From: Bdellovibrionota bacterium
Lineage (GTDB): Bacteria > Bdellovibrionota_C > UBA2361 > OMII01
Reading direction: 5' to 3'
Assembly: GCA_044356215.1 (NCBI GenBank)
Contig: JBIKWQ010000023.1
Span: forward strand, 1 to 44,324
DNA: 44,324 bases
Positions 1 to 10,025 of this stretch are shown here, one piece after another. Position numbers and translations under genes: made by a program. Numbering within the stretch: the first letter of the stretch is position 1; every line of letters starts with the position of its first letter. The notes below the pieces were generated by a model that worked only from the letters and a program-made list of their open reading frames with translations, was not told the DNA's origin and made no database searches.

Positions 1-1233
1 TCCATTCTTGCGGGTCTCAAAATAAAAATTTCTGCCTTTTGAGTCTGCCTGAGCTGTCACACCTACTACATCGCGCCTGTTCACTAGATCGCCCTGCTTT
101 ACTAAGCTCTTTCCTAATCTTCCATAGAGCGAATAACTCCGCTCTCCGTGGTCGATGATAACTACCGTGTCGTATCCCGGCATCTCTCCTGCAAAGGCTA
201 CGCGCCCTCCTAATACCGCGCGCACCTGACTCCCTTCGGCTGTCTTATACTCCAGCCCCTTACTGAAGATCATATCAGCGAAGCTAGTAACTTTTGTTTT
301 GCCGAACTTTTGGACTATTTCACCTGTCACCGGATACGAGATCTTCGCCGTTAGCGCGAAAAGTCCCCCAGGATGCATCACATCCGCGGCTCTCTGGATA
401 GATTTTGGCGTGACTACTAGCTCCACGTCACCTTGCGAATCCTTGGGCTCCTCAGGTGTTGGCTCGACTTGCTCCTTAGGCGCCACGACTTGCGGGGTCT
501 CGGCGCTCATAATCGCTCTCATCAACTCCTCAAGCTTCGCGGCCTCGACCGTTAGGGTCTCTAGCGATCTCTTGGCTGCCTGCTGCCGCTCCTGAATCTG
601 TTGTAGAACGAGCTGAAGTTTGGACTTCTTTTCTTCAAGGCTTGTTCGATTAACCCGCAACCTCTCCTGAACAGATTTCCCCTCCTCAAGGGTCCGCTCA
701 AGGGTCCTACGCGTCTCTAATAACTCCTCAACAGCTTTCTCGACTGTATCAAAACGCGCCTGATCTGAGCGGCGCAATGCGCTCGCATAGACCGCTATGC
801 GCTCAAGCTGACCAGACTGCGCCGCGCGAAAAACTATTGAGCGATCACTCACCGATGCGTTCATATAGAGCACTTTTAGTCGCTCACTTATAAGTCGCTG
901 TTGCTCGGACACCCTCTGCTCCGCCGCGCGCAAATCGAGCGCTAGCTTCTCTTTCTGTCGAGCTACCGCGGTACTTCGCTCAAGAAGCTGCTGTTCCTCA
1001 TCCGCTAGGCGCTTCATCTCATCTTCAAGTTTGCGCTCGTCTTTCTTTAGCTTTGAAAATTCCGCTTTCAGGTCCGCGATAATCTTCTCGGTCGAAACAA
1101 CTTCAGCACGGATCTTAGTTAACTTGGCGGCTAGCTCGCCAGTTTGAGCCTCGCAGAACGGCGCTAGTGCTCCCGAAAGAAACAGAACAATCAGTAGCGC
1201 GTAAACACAGTATTTGAGGGAAACTGGCGACAT
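1..1233 (-). CDS. envC: Murein hydrolase activator EnvC-like protein (coiled coil plus degenerate M23 domain); 3' end runs off the window
   Basis: Not in the ORF track. ATG at 1233 abuts the ftsX stop. Manual translation gives a signal peptide (MSPVSLKYCVYALLIVLFLSGALAPFCEA), a long coiled coil and an M23-like end (GGRVAFAGEMPGYDTVVIIDHG...NFYFETRKNG) lacking the HxH zinc motif. ftsEX-envC synteny. Confidence 0.85.
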   Translation of the reverse strand, partial: MSPVSLKYCVYALLIVLFLSGALAPFCEAQTGELAAKLTKIRAEVVSTEKIIADLKAEFSKLKKDERKLEDEMKRLADEEQQLLERSTAVARQKEKLALDLRAAEQRVSEQQRLISERLKVLYMNASVSDRSIVFRAAQSGQLERIAVYASALRRSDQARFDTVEKAVEELLETRRTLERTLEEGKSVQERLRVNRTSLEEKKSKLQLVLQQIQERQQAAKRSLETLTVEAAKLEELMRAIMSAETPQVVAPKEQVEPTPEEPKDSQGDVELVVTPKSIQRAADVMHPGGLFALTAKISYPVTGEIVQKFGKTKVTSFADMIFSKGLEYKTAEGSQVRAVLGGRVAFAGEMPGYDTVVIIDHGERSYSLYGRLGKSLVKQGDLVNRRDVVGVTAQADSKGRNFYFETRKNG

Positions 1234-2217
1234 TTACCCCTCCTGCAGGAACTTTCGCACCGCCAAAAAGCTTCCCACGAACCCGACGAGAGCACCCGCT
1301 ACCAAGATCGCCACCAGATGAGCTATTGGAATAAACGTGAAGGTCGGCATTATTACCTTTAAGAACTCCGCCTCGCCGATAAAACTCCTTAAGACTAGGA
1401 AAATAATAAACACCCCAGCTAACCCGACTGCCGCGCCTGTAACACCCTGCAAGAATCCCTCGATCATGTATGGAACGTAGATCGATGGGCGTTTCGCGCC
1501 GACTAGCTGCATGATCTCTACTTCGATCCGGTGATTATAGAGCGCTAGCTTTATCGTGTTAGCGATAATAAATCCAGCGATGATAAAGAGGAAAAACATC
1601 CCGACTCCGCCAAGTACGCGAGTCAGATTAATCATCTTTCTTATCTGCTGAGCGCCACTCCGGCTGTATCTTACACTCTCAACCTTCGCCGAATCGGCGA
1701 GACGTCGCGATATCTTTCCGTAAACAGACTCCGCCTCCTCCGCTGTCGATAATCTCACCTGTAACGATGCTGGTAATGGATTATCGGCGTCTAGCCCTTC
1801 AAGTATTCGCGCGTCATCACCTAACGATGCTCTGAAATACTGCAAAGCTTGGCCCTTATCGATATATGTAACCGACTGACCTCCAGAGAAGTCGTGCATC
1901 TGCCTAGAAAGAGAATCTATCTCAGCTTGAGAGGTTCCATCTTTCAAAAAAACCATGACGGTCATTTCAGCAGTGCCCTTAGAAACCGCGTTGCCGGCGT
2001 TCTGGACGCAGAGTAGAAACAGCCCCAGCAAAAAAATGGCGACCGAGATCGTAATCACGGTAAGTAAGGATGTGATTGAAGATCTCCTCACATTTTCAAA
2101 TGCCTGCCTCAAACAGTGTCCGGCTAGGGCAAAGAGCGAGACCTTCTCAACAGCATCACCCTCTCCCCAGATCGCCGTGATCCCTATCGAGGAGCGCTCG
2201 TCGTTGTAGCTACTCAT
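1234..2217 (-). CDS. ftsX: Cell division permease FtsX
   Basis: 4-TM topology, DNPLPASL, NTIKLALYNHRIEVEIMQLVGA and PYMIEG motifs; 4-nt overlap with ftsE. Confidence 0.93.
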   Translation of the reverse strand: MSSYNDERSSIGITAIWGEGDAVEKVSLFALAGHCLRQAFENVRRSSITSLLTVITISVAIFLLGLFLLCVQNAGNAVSKGTAEMTVMVFLKDGTSQAEIDSLSRQMHDFSGGQSVTYIDKGQALQYFRASLGDDARILEGLDADNPLPASLQVRLSTAEEAESVYGKISRRLADSAKVESVRYSRSGAQQIRKMINLTRVLGGVGMFFLFIIAGFIIANTIKLALYNHRIEVEIMQLVGAKRPSIYVPYMIEGFLQGVTGAAVGLAGVFIIFLVLRSFIGEAEFLKVIMPTFTFIPIAHLVAILVAGALVGFVGSFLAVRKFLQEG

Positions 2218-2906
2218 AATCCGACCCCTCTAACACCACTAGCGCGCGAGAAATCGCCGATCATCTTGCCCCGATCTAAGACAACAGTACGCTTGTTTAA
2301 CTCTTCAATGATCGAAAGGTTGTGCGTCGCTACCACCACTGTTACTCCGGCTGCGTTTGCCTCAAGTAAGAGATCGAACACACGACGGCTCATCTCTTGA
2401 TCTAGATTCCCCGTCGGCTCGTCGGCTAATATCAGCCTCGGCTTGCGAATCAGCGCCCGTGCTACGGCAACACGCTGCTGCTCTCCTCCTGATAAAGTGA
2501 CCGGATAAGCGTCGGCCCTGTCCTGCAAACCCATCGCGTGCAGCAACAGCATGGCTAACCTCCGCCGCTCACGAACGCTAACCCCGAGAACCTCTAAACC
2601 GTAAGCCACGTTATCCAAAACACTCCGCCGCGGGAGGAGCTTGTAGTCCTGAAAGATAACCCCGATCTCGCGCCTTAAAGAGGCGATCCCATCGCGCCCG
2701 ACAGATGATAAATTACGTTGTCCGACCAGAACTTCTCCGTTTGTGCAGCGCTCCGCCCCAAAGAGTAATTTTAACAAAGAGCTCTTACCAGCTCCGCTTG
2801 CTCCAGCGATGAATAGAAAGTCTCCTTGCTCAACACGCAGGTCGATTCCACGCAGGGCAGCCTGGTCAGGTGGATAGATCTTTGAGACTCCGTGTAGATG
2901 GATCAT
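2214..2906 (-). CDS. ftsE: Cell division ATP-binding protein FtsE
   Basis: [40 protein letters not shown]; directly upstream of ftsX. Confidence 0.95.
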   Translation of the reverse strand: MIHLHGVSKIYPPDQAALRGIDLRVEQGDFLFIAGASGAGKSSLLKLLFGAERCTNGEVLVGQRNLSSVGRDGIASLRREIGVIFQDYKLLPRRSVLDNVAYGLEVLGVSVRERRRLAMLLLHAMGLQDRADAYPVTLSGGEQQRVAVARALIRKPRLILADEPTGNLDQEMSRRVFDLLLEANAAGVTVVVATHNLSIIEELNKRTVVLDRGKMIGDFSRASGVRGVGL

Positions 2907-2972
2907 ACTCTCGAGGACTAATTACAACCTAAAATAACACCTTCAAATCCCCCATACCTAGCAAAGCTACTG

Positions 2973-3581
2973 TTGCGTCAGGTTTTTCCGATGAGGTACG
3001 ATGCGCCGGTGATAAGTAATTTTTATTCCGTATTTAAACATACTGCCAGTGCCTGTTTTTTGAGCTCGGTCCTCTTGGCGTGCTCATCTACCCCAGCGCC
3101 AACCACCGTTCCTCTGGAGAGCGTAGCACTCAAGGCTGACGCCTGCTCGAAGATCTCTGGGCCTCTAGCTACTCCAGTTCTTTACCGCTGTAAGGACGGT
3201 GACGAGGAGATATTCGTAACTTCACTCAAGGATTGTTCTATCCCTGAGAAGTTTACCTTTCAAACCACCACCAGGCAGCTCTTTATTGGGCTATTAGGAT
3301 TAAAAGTTATCAGCCAAGACCCTGTAGCACTTGGAGAGACGAAAGCGCTGCAAACCGTAGTGACCGGTACCCTCGACGCAGAGCCGGTTATCATGTCGGC
3401 TTTCACCTTCAGACGAAACAAGTGTGTCACAGATATAGTCCTCTGGAGATCCGTTGCATCTGTTGACCCTGGGGCCGATTCTGTATCGCGATTTACGAAT
3501 TCATCAAAACAGATAACCGCCTCTCTCTTTAACGAGCCTTTAACGGTGCCAGATGCTGCAGCTATCACAAGTCAGGGATAA
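2973..3581 (+). CDS. Hypothetical lipoprotein (start uncertain, possibly ATG 2991)
   Basis: Hydrophobic stretch ending in a lipobox-like LLAC-S; overlaps the mlaE start, so likely co-transcribed. Confidence 0.6.
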   Translation: MRQVFPMRYDAPVISNFYSVFKHTASACFLSSVLLACSSTPAPTTVPLESVALKADACSKISGPLATPVLYRCKDGDEEIFVTSLKDCSIPEKFTFQTTTRQLFIGLLGLKVISQDPVALGETKALQTVVTGTLDAEPVIMSAFTFRRNKCVTDIVLWRSVASVDPGADSVSRFTNSSKQITASLFNEPLTVPDAAAITSQG

Positions 3582-4323
3582 CCTGCGCGCCTTTGGCGGC
3601 TATGCACACATGCTATGGGATGTGATCCGAGGAATCCGCCGACACGGGATCGACCTCAAGGAGATCACCAGACACGTCGTTGTTATCGGCGTTGGATCCC
3701 TGCCGATTGTGCTACTGACTGCCGTCTTTACCGGAATGGTTTTAGCGTTACAAACCGCCTATGGACTACAGAGATTCGGAGCGAAGAATTACGTAGGAAA
3801 CCTGGTAGGACTGGCTCTTTCGCGCGAATTGGGGCCGGTTTTGACAGCAGTGATGGTTTGTGGACGGGTTGGTGCGGGGATCGCCGCGGAGCTCGCGTCA
3901 ATGGTTGTAACCGAACAGGTGGACGCCATACGCGCTCTTGGAGGAGACCCGATCCGCAGACTGGTCACTCCTCGCCTAATCGCCGGAACTATATCGATGC
4001 CACTGTTATCTGGGTTGGCGCTCTTGATTGGGGTCTGGGGTGGATTGATCGTCGCCGTTGGCGAGCTTGGTATCTCCGCTCACCAATACTATCGCTCTTA
4101 CCTATATGCCGTTCAGATCCGCGATGTAATAGATGGACTAATCAAGAGCTGTGCCTTCGGCGTTATCGTAGTCTCAATCGCCTGCTATAAAGGCTTAACC
4201 TGCCGCGGAGGAACCGAGGGGGTTGGCCGAACAACTACTTCCGCCGTAGTCACGGGCTCTCTCGCCGTATTTATCTCTAATTTCTTTATTACTAAACTGC
4301 TTATTATCCTTAACTTCAAGTGA
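3553..4323 (+). CDS. mlaE: MlaE-family ABC permease
   Basis: RELGPVLTAVMVCGRVGAGIAAELASMVVTEQVDAIRALG, LVTPRL, GGTEGVGRTTTSAVV. Confidence 0.93.
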   Translation: MLQLSQVRDNLRAFGGYAHMLWDVIRGIRRHGIDLKEITRHVVVIGVGSLPIVLLTAVFTGMVLALQTAYGLQRFGAKNYVGNLVGLALSRELGPVLTAVMVCGRVGAGIAAELASMVVTEQVDAIRALGGDPIRRLVTPRLIAGTISMPLLSGLALLIGVWGGLIVAVGELGISAHQYYRSYLYAVQIRDVIDGLIKSCAFGVIVVSIACYKGLTCRGGTEGVGRTTTSAVVTGSLAVFISNFFITKLLIILNFK

Positions 4324-5072
4324 ACCAGCAGAGCCCAACAGTCGAATTTATTGATGTTCACACCGCCTTTGGTGCCAATCATGTGCACCGTGGGCTAAAC
4401 TTCTCTTTAAAGCCTGGTGAGGTTACTACCCTGCTTGGGCCAAGCGGCGCGGGAAAGACTATTATCTTAAAGCTCATCATGGGGCTAACCTGGGCCAAGT
4501 CTGGAACTGTAAAAGTGATGGGCCGCGACATGAATACGATCACCGAAACAGGTCTGAATGAGCTGCGGGTTGATATCGGGATGCTCTTTCAAGGCGCGGC
4601 GCTCTTTGATTCCCTCTCTGTTTTTGAGAATATCGCTTATGGCTTACGTGAGCGTGGGGAGGATGACGAGGAGAAGATCCGAACAATTGTCGAGAGTAGA
4701 TTAGAGATGGTTGGGCTCCTCGGCATTGAGCAAAAAGTTCCATCGCAGCTATCTGGCGGTCAGAAAAAGAGGATTGGATTGGCGCGAGCGTTGGCGTCCT
4801 CTCCTAAGATCATGCTTTACGATGAGCCAACAACGGGGCTAGATCCGACATCGACTCGCAAGATCGACGACCTGATAGTAAAATTCGCCAAGGAATCAGG
4901 GATGACGTCGCTTGTTGTTACACATGACATTCAGAGCGCGATGAGGATCTCAGATCGTTTGATGCTTCTAAGCAAGGGCGTTATATCAGCCGATGGCCCT
5001 GCAAGTAGCCTACCGACTAGCAGCCCTTTAGTGGCCGATTTTGTTTCAGGACAGTGGAAGGATGAACTATGA
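4320..5072 (+). CDS. mlaF: MlaF-family ABC ATPase
   Basis: GPSGAGKT, MLFQGAALFDSLSVFENIA, LSGGQKKRIGLARAL, YDEPTTGLDP; GTGA overlap with mlaE. Confidence 0.93.
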   Translation: MNQQSPTVEFIDVHTAFGANHVHRGLNFSLKPGEVTTLLGPSGAGKTIILKLIMGLTWAKSGTVKVMGRDMNTITETGLNELRVDIGMLFQGAALFDSLSVFENIAYGLRERGEDDEEKIRTIVESRLEMVGLLGIEQKVPSQLSGGQKKRIGLARALASSPKIMLYDEPTTGLDPTSTRKIDDLIVKFAKESGMTSLVVTHDIQSAMRISDRLMLLSKGVISADGPASSLPTSSPLVADFVSGQWKDEL

Positions 5073-6145
5073 AGCTACGTAATGAAGTAAAGGCTGGAAC
5101 GTTCGTTTTGGTATCGCTGGTACTCGTTGCCGCCCTAATTCTTATTATGGGACGCGAGCGGCAGATCTTCGCCAAGCAGAGTAAATTTCACGCTTTTTTT
5201 AAGGATGTGAAGGGACTCTCGGCTGGAGCGCCGGTAAGAATGGGAGGAATTCCAGTGGGCCGGGTTGATAAAGTGGGGTTCTCTGAAGCTCCACTAGATC
5301 AGAAGGTTCAAGTGACCCTTCTGATTAACTCAAACTATCTTGAGCGAGTCAGAAAGGATTCAGTTGTGTCGATCGATACGCAAGGCCTTTTAGGAGATCG
5401 GTTCGTTAGCCTATCGAGTGGTGTCGACCCTGTGGCGGTACCCGCTAATAGCACCCTGCGCTCTGTTGAGATATCAGATATACAACAGGTGATGCACAGG
5501 GCCCAAGCTGCTGTTGACAACACCTCGCAGATAACCGAGCGGATTAACCTCGCGCTAGAGGGGCTCTCTCCCGATACGTTCCGAAACGTAGCATCAGCGT
5601 CGCAAAGCATAGCTGAGATATTTAAGGCGATAAAAACCGAGGAAGGCTTTATGCACCGCTTGATCTATTCTGAGGCGGAGGGAAAGAAGCTAGTGGAAAG
5701 TATCGCTTCGACCTCGAAGGATATAGCTGATTTGGCGAAGGAGGTTCGCTCAGGACATGGAGTGCTGCACGCTCTAGTTTACTCAGATGGTGGCGAGCGC
5801 GCTGTTCAGCGACTATTCGACGCGTCTGACAGCGTTGCATCAGCGAGTGATAATCTATCGAACCTTCTTTTGCAGGCCAAAAACGGCAAAGGATTACTGC
5901 ATGATCTAATCTATACCGATATTGAACCTGGAGTTGTCGCTAAAAGGATCGAGCAGGTTCTAGTTTCTTTAGCGACTATGGCAACTAATCTGAAGGTCAC
6001 TTCGGATTCGTTGGTGCAGGGAACTGGAACTCTCGGGGCTCTGATTCTTGATCCTAAGCTGTATGATAACTTAGTCGAAGTAACAGACGGGGCGAAACGC
6101 AGCTTTATCCTTAGACAAGCTATAAGGAGTTCGTTAAAGAATTAG
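5069..6145 (+). CDS. mlaD: MlaD/MCE-domain protein with long helical C-terminal region
   Basis: N-terminal TM, MCE motifs (GLSAGAPVRMGGIPVGRV, TQGLLGDRFV), followed by helical repeats. Confidence 0.88.
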   Translation: MKLRNEVKAGTFVLVSLVLVAALILIMGRERQIFAKQSKFHAFFKDVKGLSAGAPVRMGGIPVGRVDKVGFSEAPLDQKVQVTLLINSNYLERVRKDSVVSIDTQGLLGDRFVSLSSGVDPVAVPANSTLRSVEISDIQQVMHRAQAAVDNTSQITERINLALEGLSPDTFRNVASASQSIAEIFKAIKTEEGFMHRLIYSEAEGKKLVESIASTSKDIADLAKEVRSGHGVLHALVYSDGGERAVQRLFDASDSVASASDNLSNLLLQAKNGKGLLHDLIYTDIEPGVVAKRIEQVLVSLATMATNLKVTSDSLVQGTGTLGALILDPKLYDNLVEVTDGAKRSFILRQAIRSSLKN

Positions 6146-6170
6146 TGGGAAGAGCGGAAAAAGATTGCGT

Positions 6171-6202
6171 CTGCGGCGCCGTCGAGCAAAAGCTCGCCTC
6201 AG
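6171..6202. terminator. Hairpin between convergent mlaD and mraY (possible bidirectional terminator)
   Basis: CGAGC-AAAA-GCTCG at 6183-6196; CTGCGGCG (6171-6178) can also pair imperfectly with CGCCTCAG (6195-6202). No strong U-tract. Confidence 0.4.
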
Positions 6203-6221
6203 CGAGATTTTGCCGGTTCTC

Positions 6222-7301
6222 CTACCTTATCTTCAACGACGTCAAAGCGATAATCGCGAAAACCACTGAGAGGATCCAAAACCGGACTATTATCTTAGGC
6301 TCAGACCAGCCTAACAACTCAAAGTGATGGTGAATCGGCGCCATACGGAAAACGCGTTTCTTGGTCGCCTTGTAGTAATAACGCTGAATCACCACAGATG
6401 CCGCCTCGATGACAAAGATTCCTCCTGCGATAACTAGTATTAGCTCCTGCTTGACCAAGACGGCGATAAAACCAAGAGTTCCACCAAGCGCCATAGAACC
6501 AGTGTCGCCCATAAAAACCTGGGCTGGGTACGTGTTATACCACAGGAAGCCCAGGCCAGCCGCGAACATGGCTGATAATATAATAGCTACCTCGCCTGCC
6601 CCTGGGACATGGTGAACACCTAGGTAATCAGCATAAATTGAATTGCCCGCTAGATAGGCAAAAACCCCGTAGGTGAAAGCGACTGTCATGACTGGACCGA
6701 TCGCTAGGCCGTCCAAGCCATCGGTGAAATTTACCGCGTTTGAAGTTGCCGTTAGCACAAACGCTGCGAAGACAACAAAACCAATTACACCAAGATGTAT
6801 AGTCACGTTTTTCAGGAACGGAACATATAGATCTGTCGAGCCTCCAAGCCAAACCAGAACCCCCGCTGAAAACGCACCGATACCAACCTGCGATATAAGC
6901 TTTCCACGCTCTGATAGCCCCTTTGAATCCTGCTTGGTGATCTTTTTCCAATCATCGATAAATCCAAGGTACGCGAAGCCACACATTACAAGCATCGTCA
7001 GCCAGACCTTGGCGTTGGCAAGATCAGCCAAAAGAAGAGTAGCCAACAACACCGCCACAACAACTACCAAGCCCCCCATCGTTGGGGTCCCACGCTTCCC
7101 TTCGTGCGCTTTTGGGCCATCATCACGAATCGGCTGACCCTTTACTCCACGTTGTTGCAACCAACGTATAAATACCGGTTGAAATACCAGAACAAACACA
7201 AATGAGAACAGGAACGCCAGCATCGCCCTGAAGGTCTGGTACTTAAAGAGATTGAATCCGCTGAATAGATCCTGAAGAGATGTAAATAAGTGATACAGCA
7301 C
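6222..7301 (-). CDS. mraY: Phospho-N-acetylmuramoyl-pentapeptide transferase
   Basis: KRGTPTMGG, GFIDD, NAVNFTDGLDGL, PAQVFMGDTGS, FRMAPIHHHFEL. Confidence 0.97.
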   Translation of the reverse strand: MLYHLFTSLQDLFSGFNLFKYQTFRAMLAFLFSFVFVLVFQPVFIRWLQQRGVKGQPIRDDGPKAHEGKRGTPTMGGLVVVVAVLLATLLLADLANAKVWLTMLVMCGFAYLGFIDDWKKITKQDSKGLSERGKLISQVGIGAFSAGVLVWLGGSTDLYVPFLKNVTIHLGVIGFVVFAAFVLTATSNAVNFTDGLDGLAIGPVMTVAFTYGVFAYLAGNSIYADYLGVHHVPGAGEVAIILSAMFAAGLGFLWYNTYPAQVFMGDTGSMALGGTLGFIAVLVKQELILVIAGGIFVIEAASVVIQRYYYKATKKRVFRMAPIHHHFELLGWSEPKIIVRFWILSVVFAIIALTSLKIR

Positions 7302-7482
7302 AGTTCGAGGCCCCGTAGGTTAAATCTTCTGTGGAAGACTACTACAGGACACTGCTTTTAAGACAGGGGTAACTAATCAGCAAAGGTGCTCGAAAATATG
7401 AGCGGCATTTTCTTTACCCCTTTTTATTCCGTGGCTTACCCCTTATACTATAAGTGTTATTAATTAGATAAGACAAAGTAAG

Positions 7483-7704
7483 ATGAATGAGACAGGCGTA
7501 AGCCGGATCAAGATTCTGGGTGAAATGCTTGAATTCGCCGAACACGCCCTGCGAAAGCAATTGCTAGCGCAAAATAAGCTTGCCACTGAGGCAGAGATTG
7601 AAGCGCGGATATCTGAGTGGTACTCATCTCCAGTAGTTATCCCCGAAGGTCAGAGGCCTAGGATAGAGGAGGTTAGAAGAGGCCGCGGACCTCATGGCAA
7701 TTAA
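7483..7704 (+). CDS. Small hypothetical helical protein
   Basis: 73-aa ATG ORF in the mraY-dxs gap, behind an AT-rich promoter-like region. Confidence 0.5.
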   Translation: MNETGVSRIKILGEMLEFAEHALRKQLLAQNKLATEAEIEARISEWYSSPVVIPEGQRPRIEEVRRGRGPHGN

Positions 7705-7905
7705 CATTCTCAAACACAAGCTAAACTGTCCGGCACTACTATTCACTTCACACTAAAAACTGCCGAAATTACCACCTCTTGCCAATCTCAAGTACCTGGA
7801 TTGACCTGCTAAAGAGTCTGGATAACAATGCTGGTGGTTTATTTACCCAACGGTTTGTTGCACTTATTTGATTGCCGTCCCCGCCTACATGTATGCTAGG
7901 AGCTT

Positions 7906-9870
7906 ATGGAACAACGATTGATCGACACCCTTAAGCTCCCAGAAGACCTAAGGTCCATATCCCCAGAGGAGCTTAAGCAGGTCGCAGGCGAGCTAAGAAA
8001 CGAATTAATCGACACGGTCAGTCGCTCCGGTGGCCATTTCGCCTCAAGCCTCGGAACCACCGAGATATCTGTCGCCTTACACAGAGTTTTTGACACTCCA
8101 CACGACCGATTGATCTGGGATGTCGGACACCAAGCGTACATCCACAAGATGCTCACAGGGCGCCGCCAACAGATGGCTGGAATCCGAACTCTTAGTGGTA
8201 TCTCAGGTTTTCTCAAACGCTCAGAGAGTCCGTTCGATGCTTTCGGCGCTGGGCATGCGGGTACAAGTATCTCAGCCGCCGTGGGAATGCGAGTAGCTCT
8301 CGACTCAATCGCCCCTGAGAGATACGTAGCCGCGATTATCGGTGATGGATCGCTTACGTCTGGAATGGCTTTTGAGGCGCTTAATCACGCCGGCGATCTT
8401 AGATTAAAGCGCTTCGTTGTTGTGCTCAACGACAACGAGATGTCGATCTCAAAAAATGTCGGTGCTTTAAGTTGGCTATTCTCACGCGCTGTTACCGGCG
8501 AAACATCCTCACGCGCGCGCGATACCTTTAAACGACTTCATGAACGTGGCTACATCCCTGACCTAATATACCGTGCGGTGGATCGCGCTGAAGAGGCGGC
8601 TCAGGGTTTCTTCTCGTCTCCAGCGATGTTATTTGAAGCTTTCGGGTTTCGTTACATCGGTCCGGTTGATGGACACGACCTGCCGTCCTTAATACAGGCT
8701 TTAGAGAACGCCAAGCGCCAAGACATTCCAGTTATAGTCCACTGCCACACGGTAAAGGGCAAAGGGTACGAGCCCGCGGAGGAAGACCCGATACTCTGGC
8801 ACGGGGTTGTGCCTTTCGATCGCTCTAAAGGAGTTTTTAATCAGAGCTCTGCAGCTCCAGTGGTTAATCAAACGCCCAAGAAACTCCCTTCTTATACGGG
8901 GGTATTCGCCGATACGGTAGCGGAGATAGCCGCTAAGGATCGCTCTGTCGTAGCTATCACAGCGGCAATGCCTAGTGGTACCGGACTAGATAAGGTTATC
9001 AACAAACTCCCAGAACAGGTCTTTGATGTTGGGATCTGCGAGCAGCACGCTGTAACATACGCGGCTGGTCTCGCGTGTGAGGGATTCAAGCCAATCACAG
9101 CGATCTATTCCACATTTCTGCAACGCGGCTATGACCAGATAGTGCATGACGTCTGTATTCAGAACCTTCCAGTTACATTCGCGATCGATCGAGGTGGAGT
9201 TGTCGGTAACGATGGTGAGACTCATCAAGGCGTTTTCGATATCGCCTACCTAAGAGCTATCCCTAACATGACTATCATGTCGCCAAAGGATGAGAACGAA
9301 CTGCGGCACATGCTTTATACCTCGGTACAATTAGGATCGCCCGCTGCTGTCAGATATCCACGTGGAAACGGGCTCGGAGTAACTCTAGACCCTGAATTAA
9401 AAAAGTTACCGGTTGGCCGAGGCGAGGTCCTGCGGACCGGAACAGATGCCTTAGTCATCGGTTTTGGACCTATTGTAAACTATGCGCTGGAGGCAGCCGC
9501 GACCTTATCGCGCGATCACGGCATCGAGTGCACGGTCATTAACGCCCGTTTCGCCAAGCCGCTCGACCAGGAGCTCCTCGCTGCTGAACTTCCTAAGTAC
9601 AGCGTCATCTGCACCGTAGAGGACCACGCATTGGCAGGAGGATTCGGTTCGGCCGTAATTGAGTTCGCGAACGATAAGAACATCAGCTTAAGAGGTTCAA
9701 TCAAGCGATTCGGCGTAGAGGATTCCTTCGTTCCACACGGCTCTCAAGCTGAGCAGCACAAGATGAACGGCTACGATGCGGCAAGCATAATACAGTACAT
9801 CAGAGCAAAAGCGGCGAAGCCTCGCTACCGTGATGCTGCGCTAGAAAACGGCCGCGTTTGCGCTTCTTAG
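7906..9870 (+). CDS. dxs: 1-deoxy-D-xylulose-5-phosphate synthase
   Basis: GGHFASSLG, WDVGHQAY, GDGSLTSGMAFEALN, NDNEMSI, DVGICEQH, YSTFLQRGYDQ, DGETHQG; AGGAG RBS. Confidence 0.97.
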   Translation: MEQRLIDTLKLPEDLRSISPEELKQVAGELRNELIDTVSRSGGHFASSLGTTEISVALHRVFDTPHDRLIWDVGHQAYIHKMLTGRRQQMAGIRTLSGISGFLKRSESPFDAFGAGHAGTSISAAVGMRVALDSIAPERYVAAIIGDGSLTSGMAFEALNHAGDLRLKRFVVVLNDNEMSISKNVGALSWLFSRAVTGETSSRARDTFKRLHERGYIPDLIYRAVDRAEEAAQGFFSSPAMLFEAFGFRYIGPVDGHDLPSLIQALENAKRQDIPVIVHCHTVKGKGYEPAEEDPILWHGVVPFDRSKGVFNQSSAAPVVNQTPKKLPSYTGVFADTVAEIAAKDRSVVAITAAMPSGTGLDKVINKLPEQVFDVGICEQHAVTYAAGLACEGFKPITAIYSTFLQRGYDQIVHDVCIQNLPVTFAIDRGGVVGNDGETHQGVFDIAYLRAIPNMTIMSPKDENELRHMLYTSVQLGSPAAVRYPRGNGLGVTLDPELKKLPVGRGEVLRTGTDALVIGFGPIVNYALEAAATLSRDHGIECTVINARFAKPLDQELLAAELPKYSVICTVEDHALAGGFGSAVIEFANDKNISLRGSIKRFGVEDSFVPHGSQAEQHKMNGYDAASIIQYIRAKAAKPRYRDAALENGRVCAS

Positions 9871-10025
9871 GGAGTTGCTGCACTGGCCGAGACTATTCGC
9901 TTATGAGGACACCGTCCTAATTCAGGTCACCTGGCCCATGCTCAATGGTGCCTATTTTCAGCTACTTATCGTCGGCACAGAAACTGCTGTTTATCTGATC
10001 AAATCCTGAAGCAGAGAGGTTTAAT

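Noticed and set aside
299..595. 98-aa plus-strand ORF
   Set aside because: Antisense shadow of the envC-like gene, which the ORF track missed because it runs off the edge.
3615..4190. 191-aa alternative-frame ORF inside mlaE, and similar nested or antisense ORFs throughout the track
   Set aside because: Fully overlap well-supported genes and have no recognisable motifs.
6146..6221. Weak similarity (AAGAGCGG.AAAA) between this intergenic region and about 26812-26828
   Set aside because: Too short to support a repeat family without a genome-wide count.
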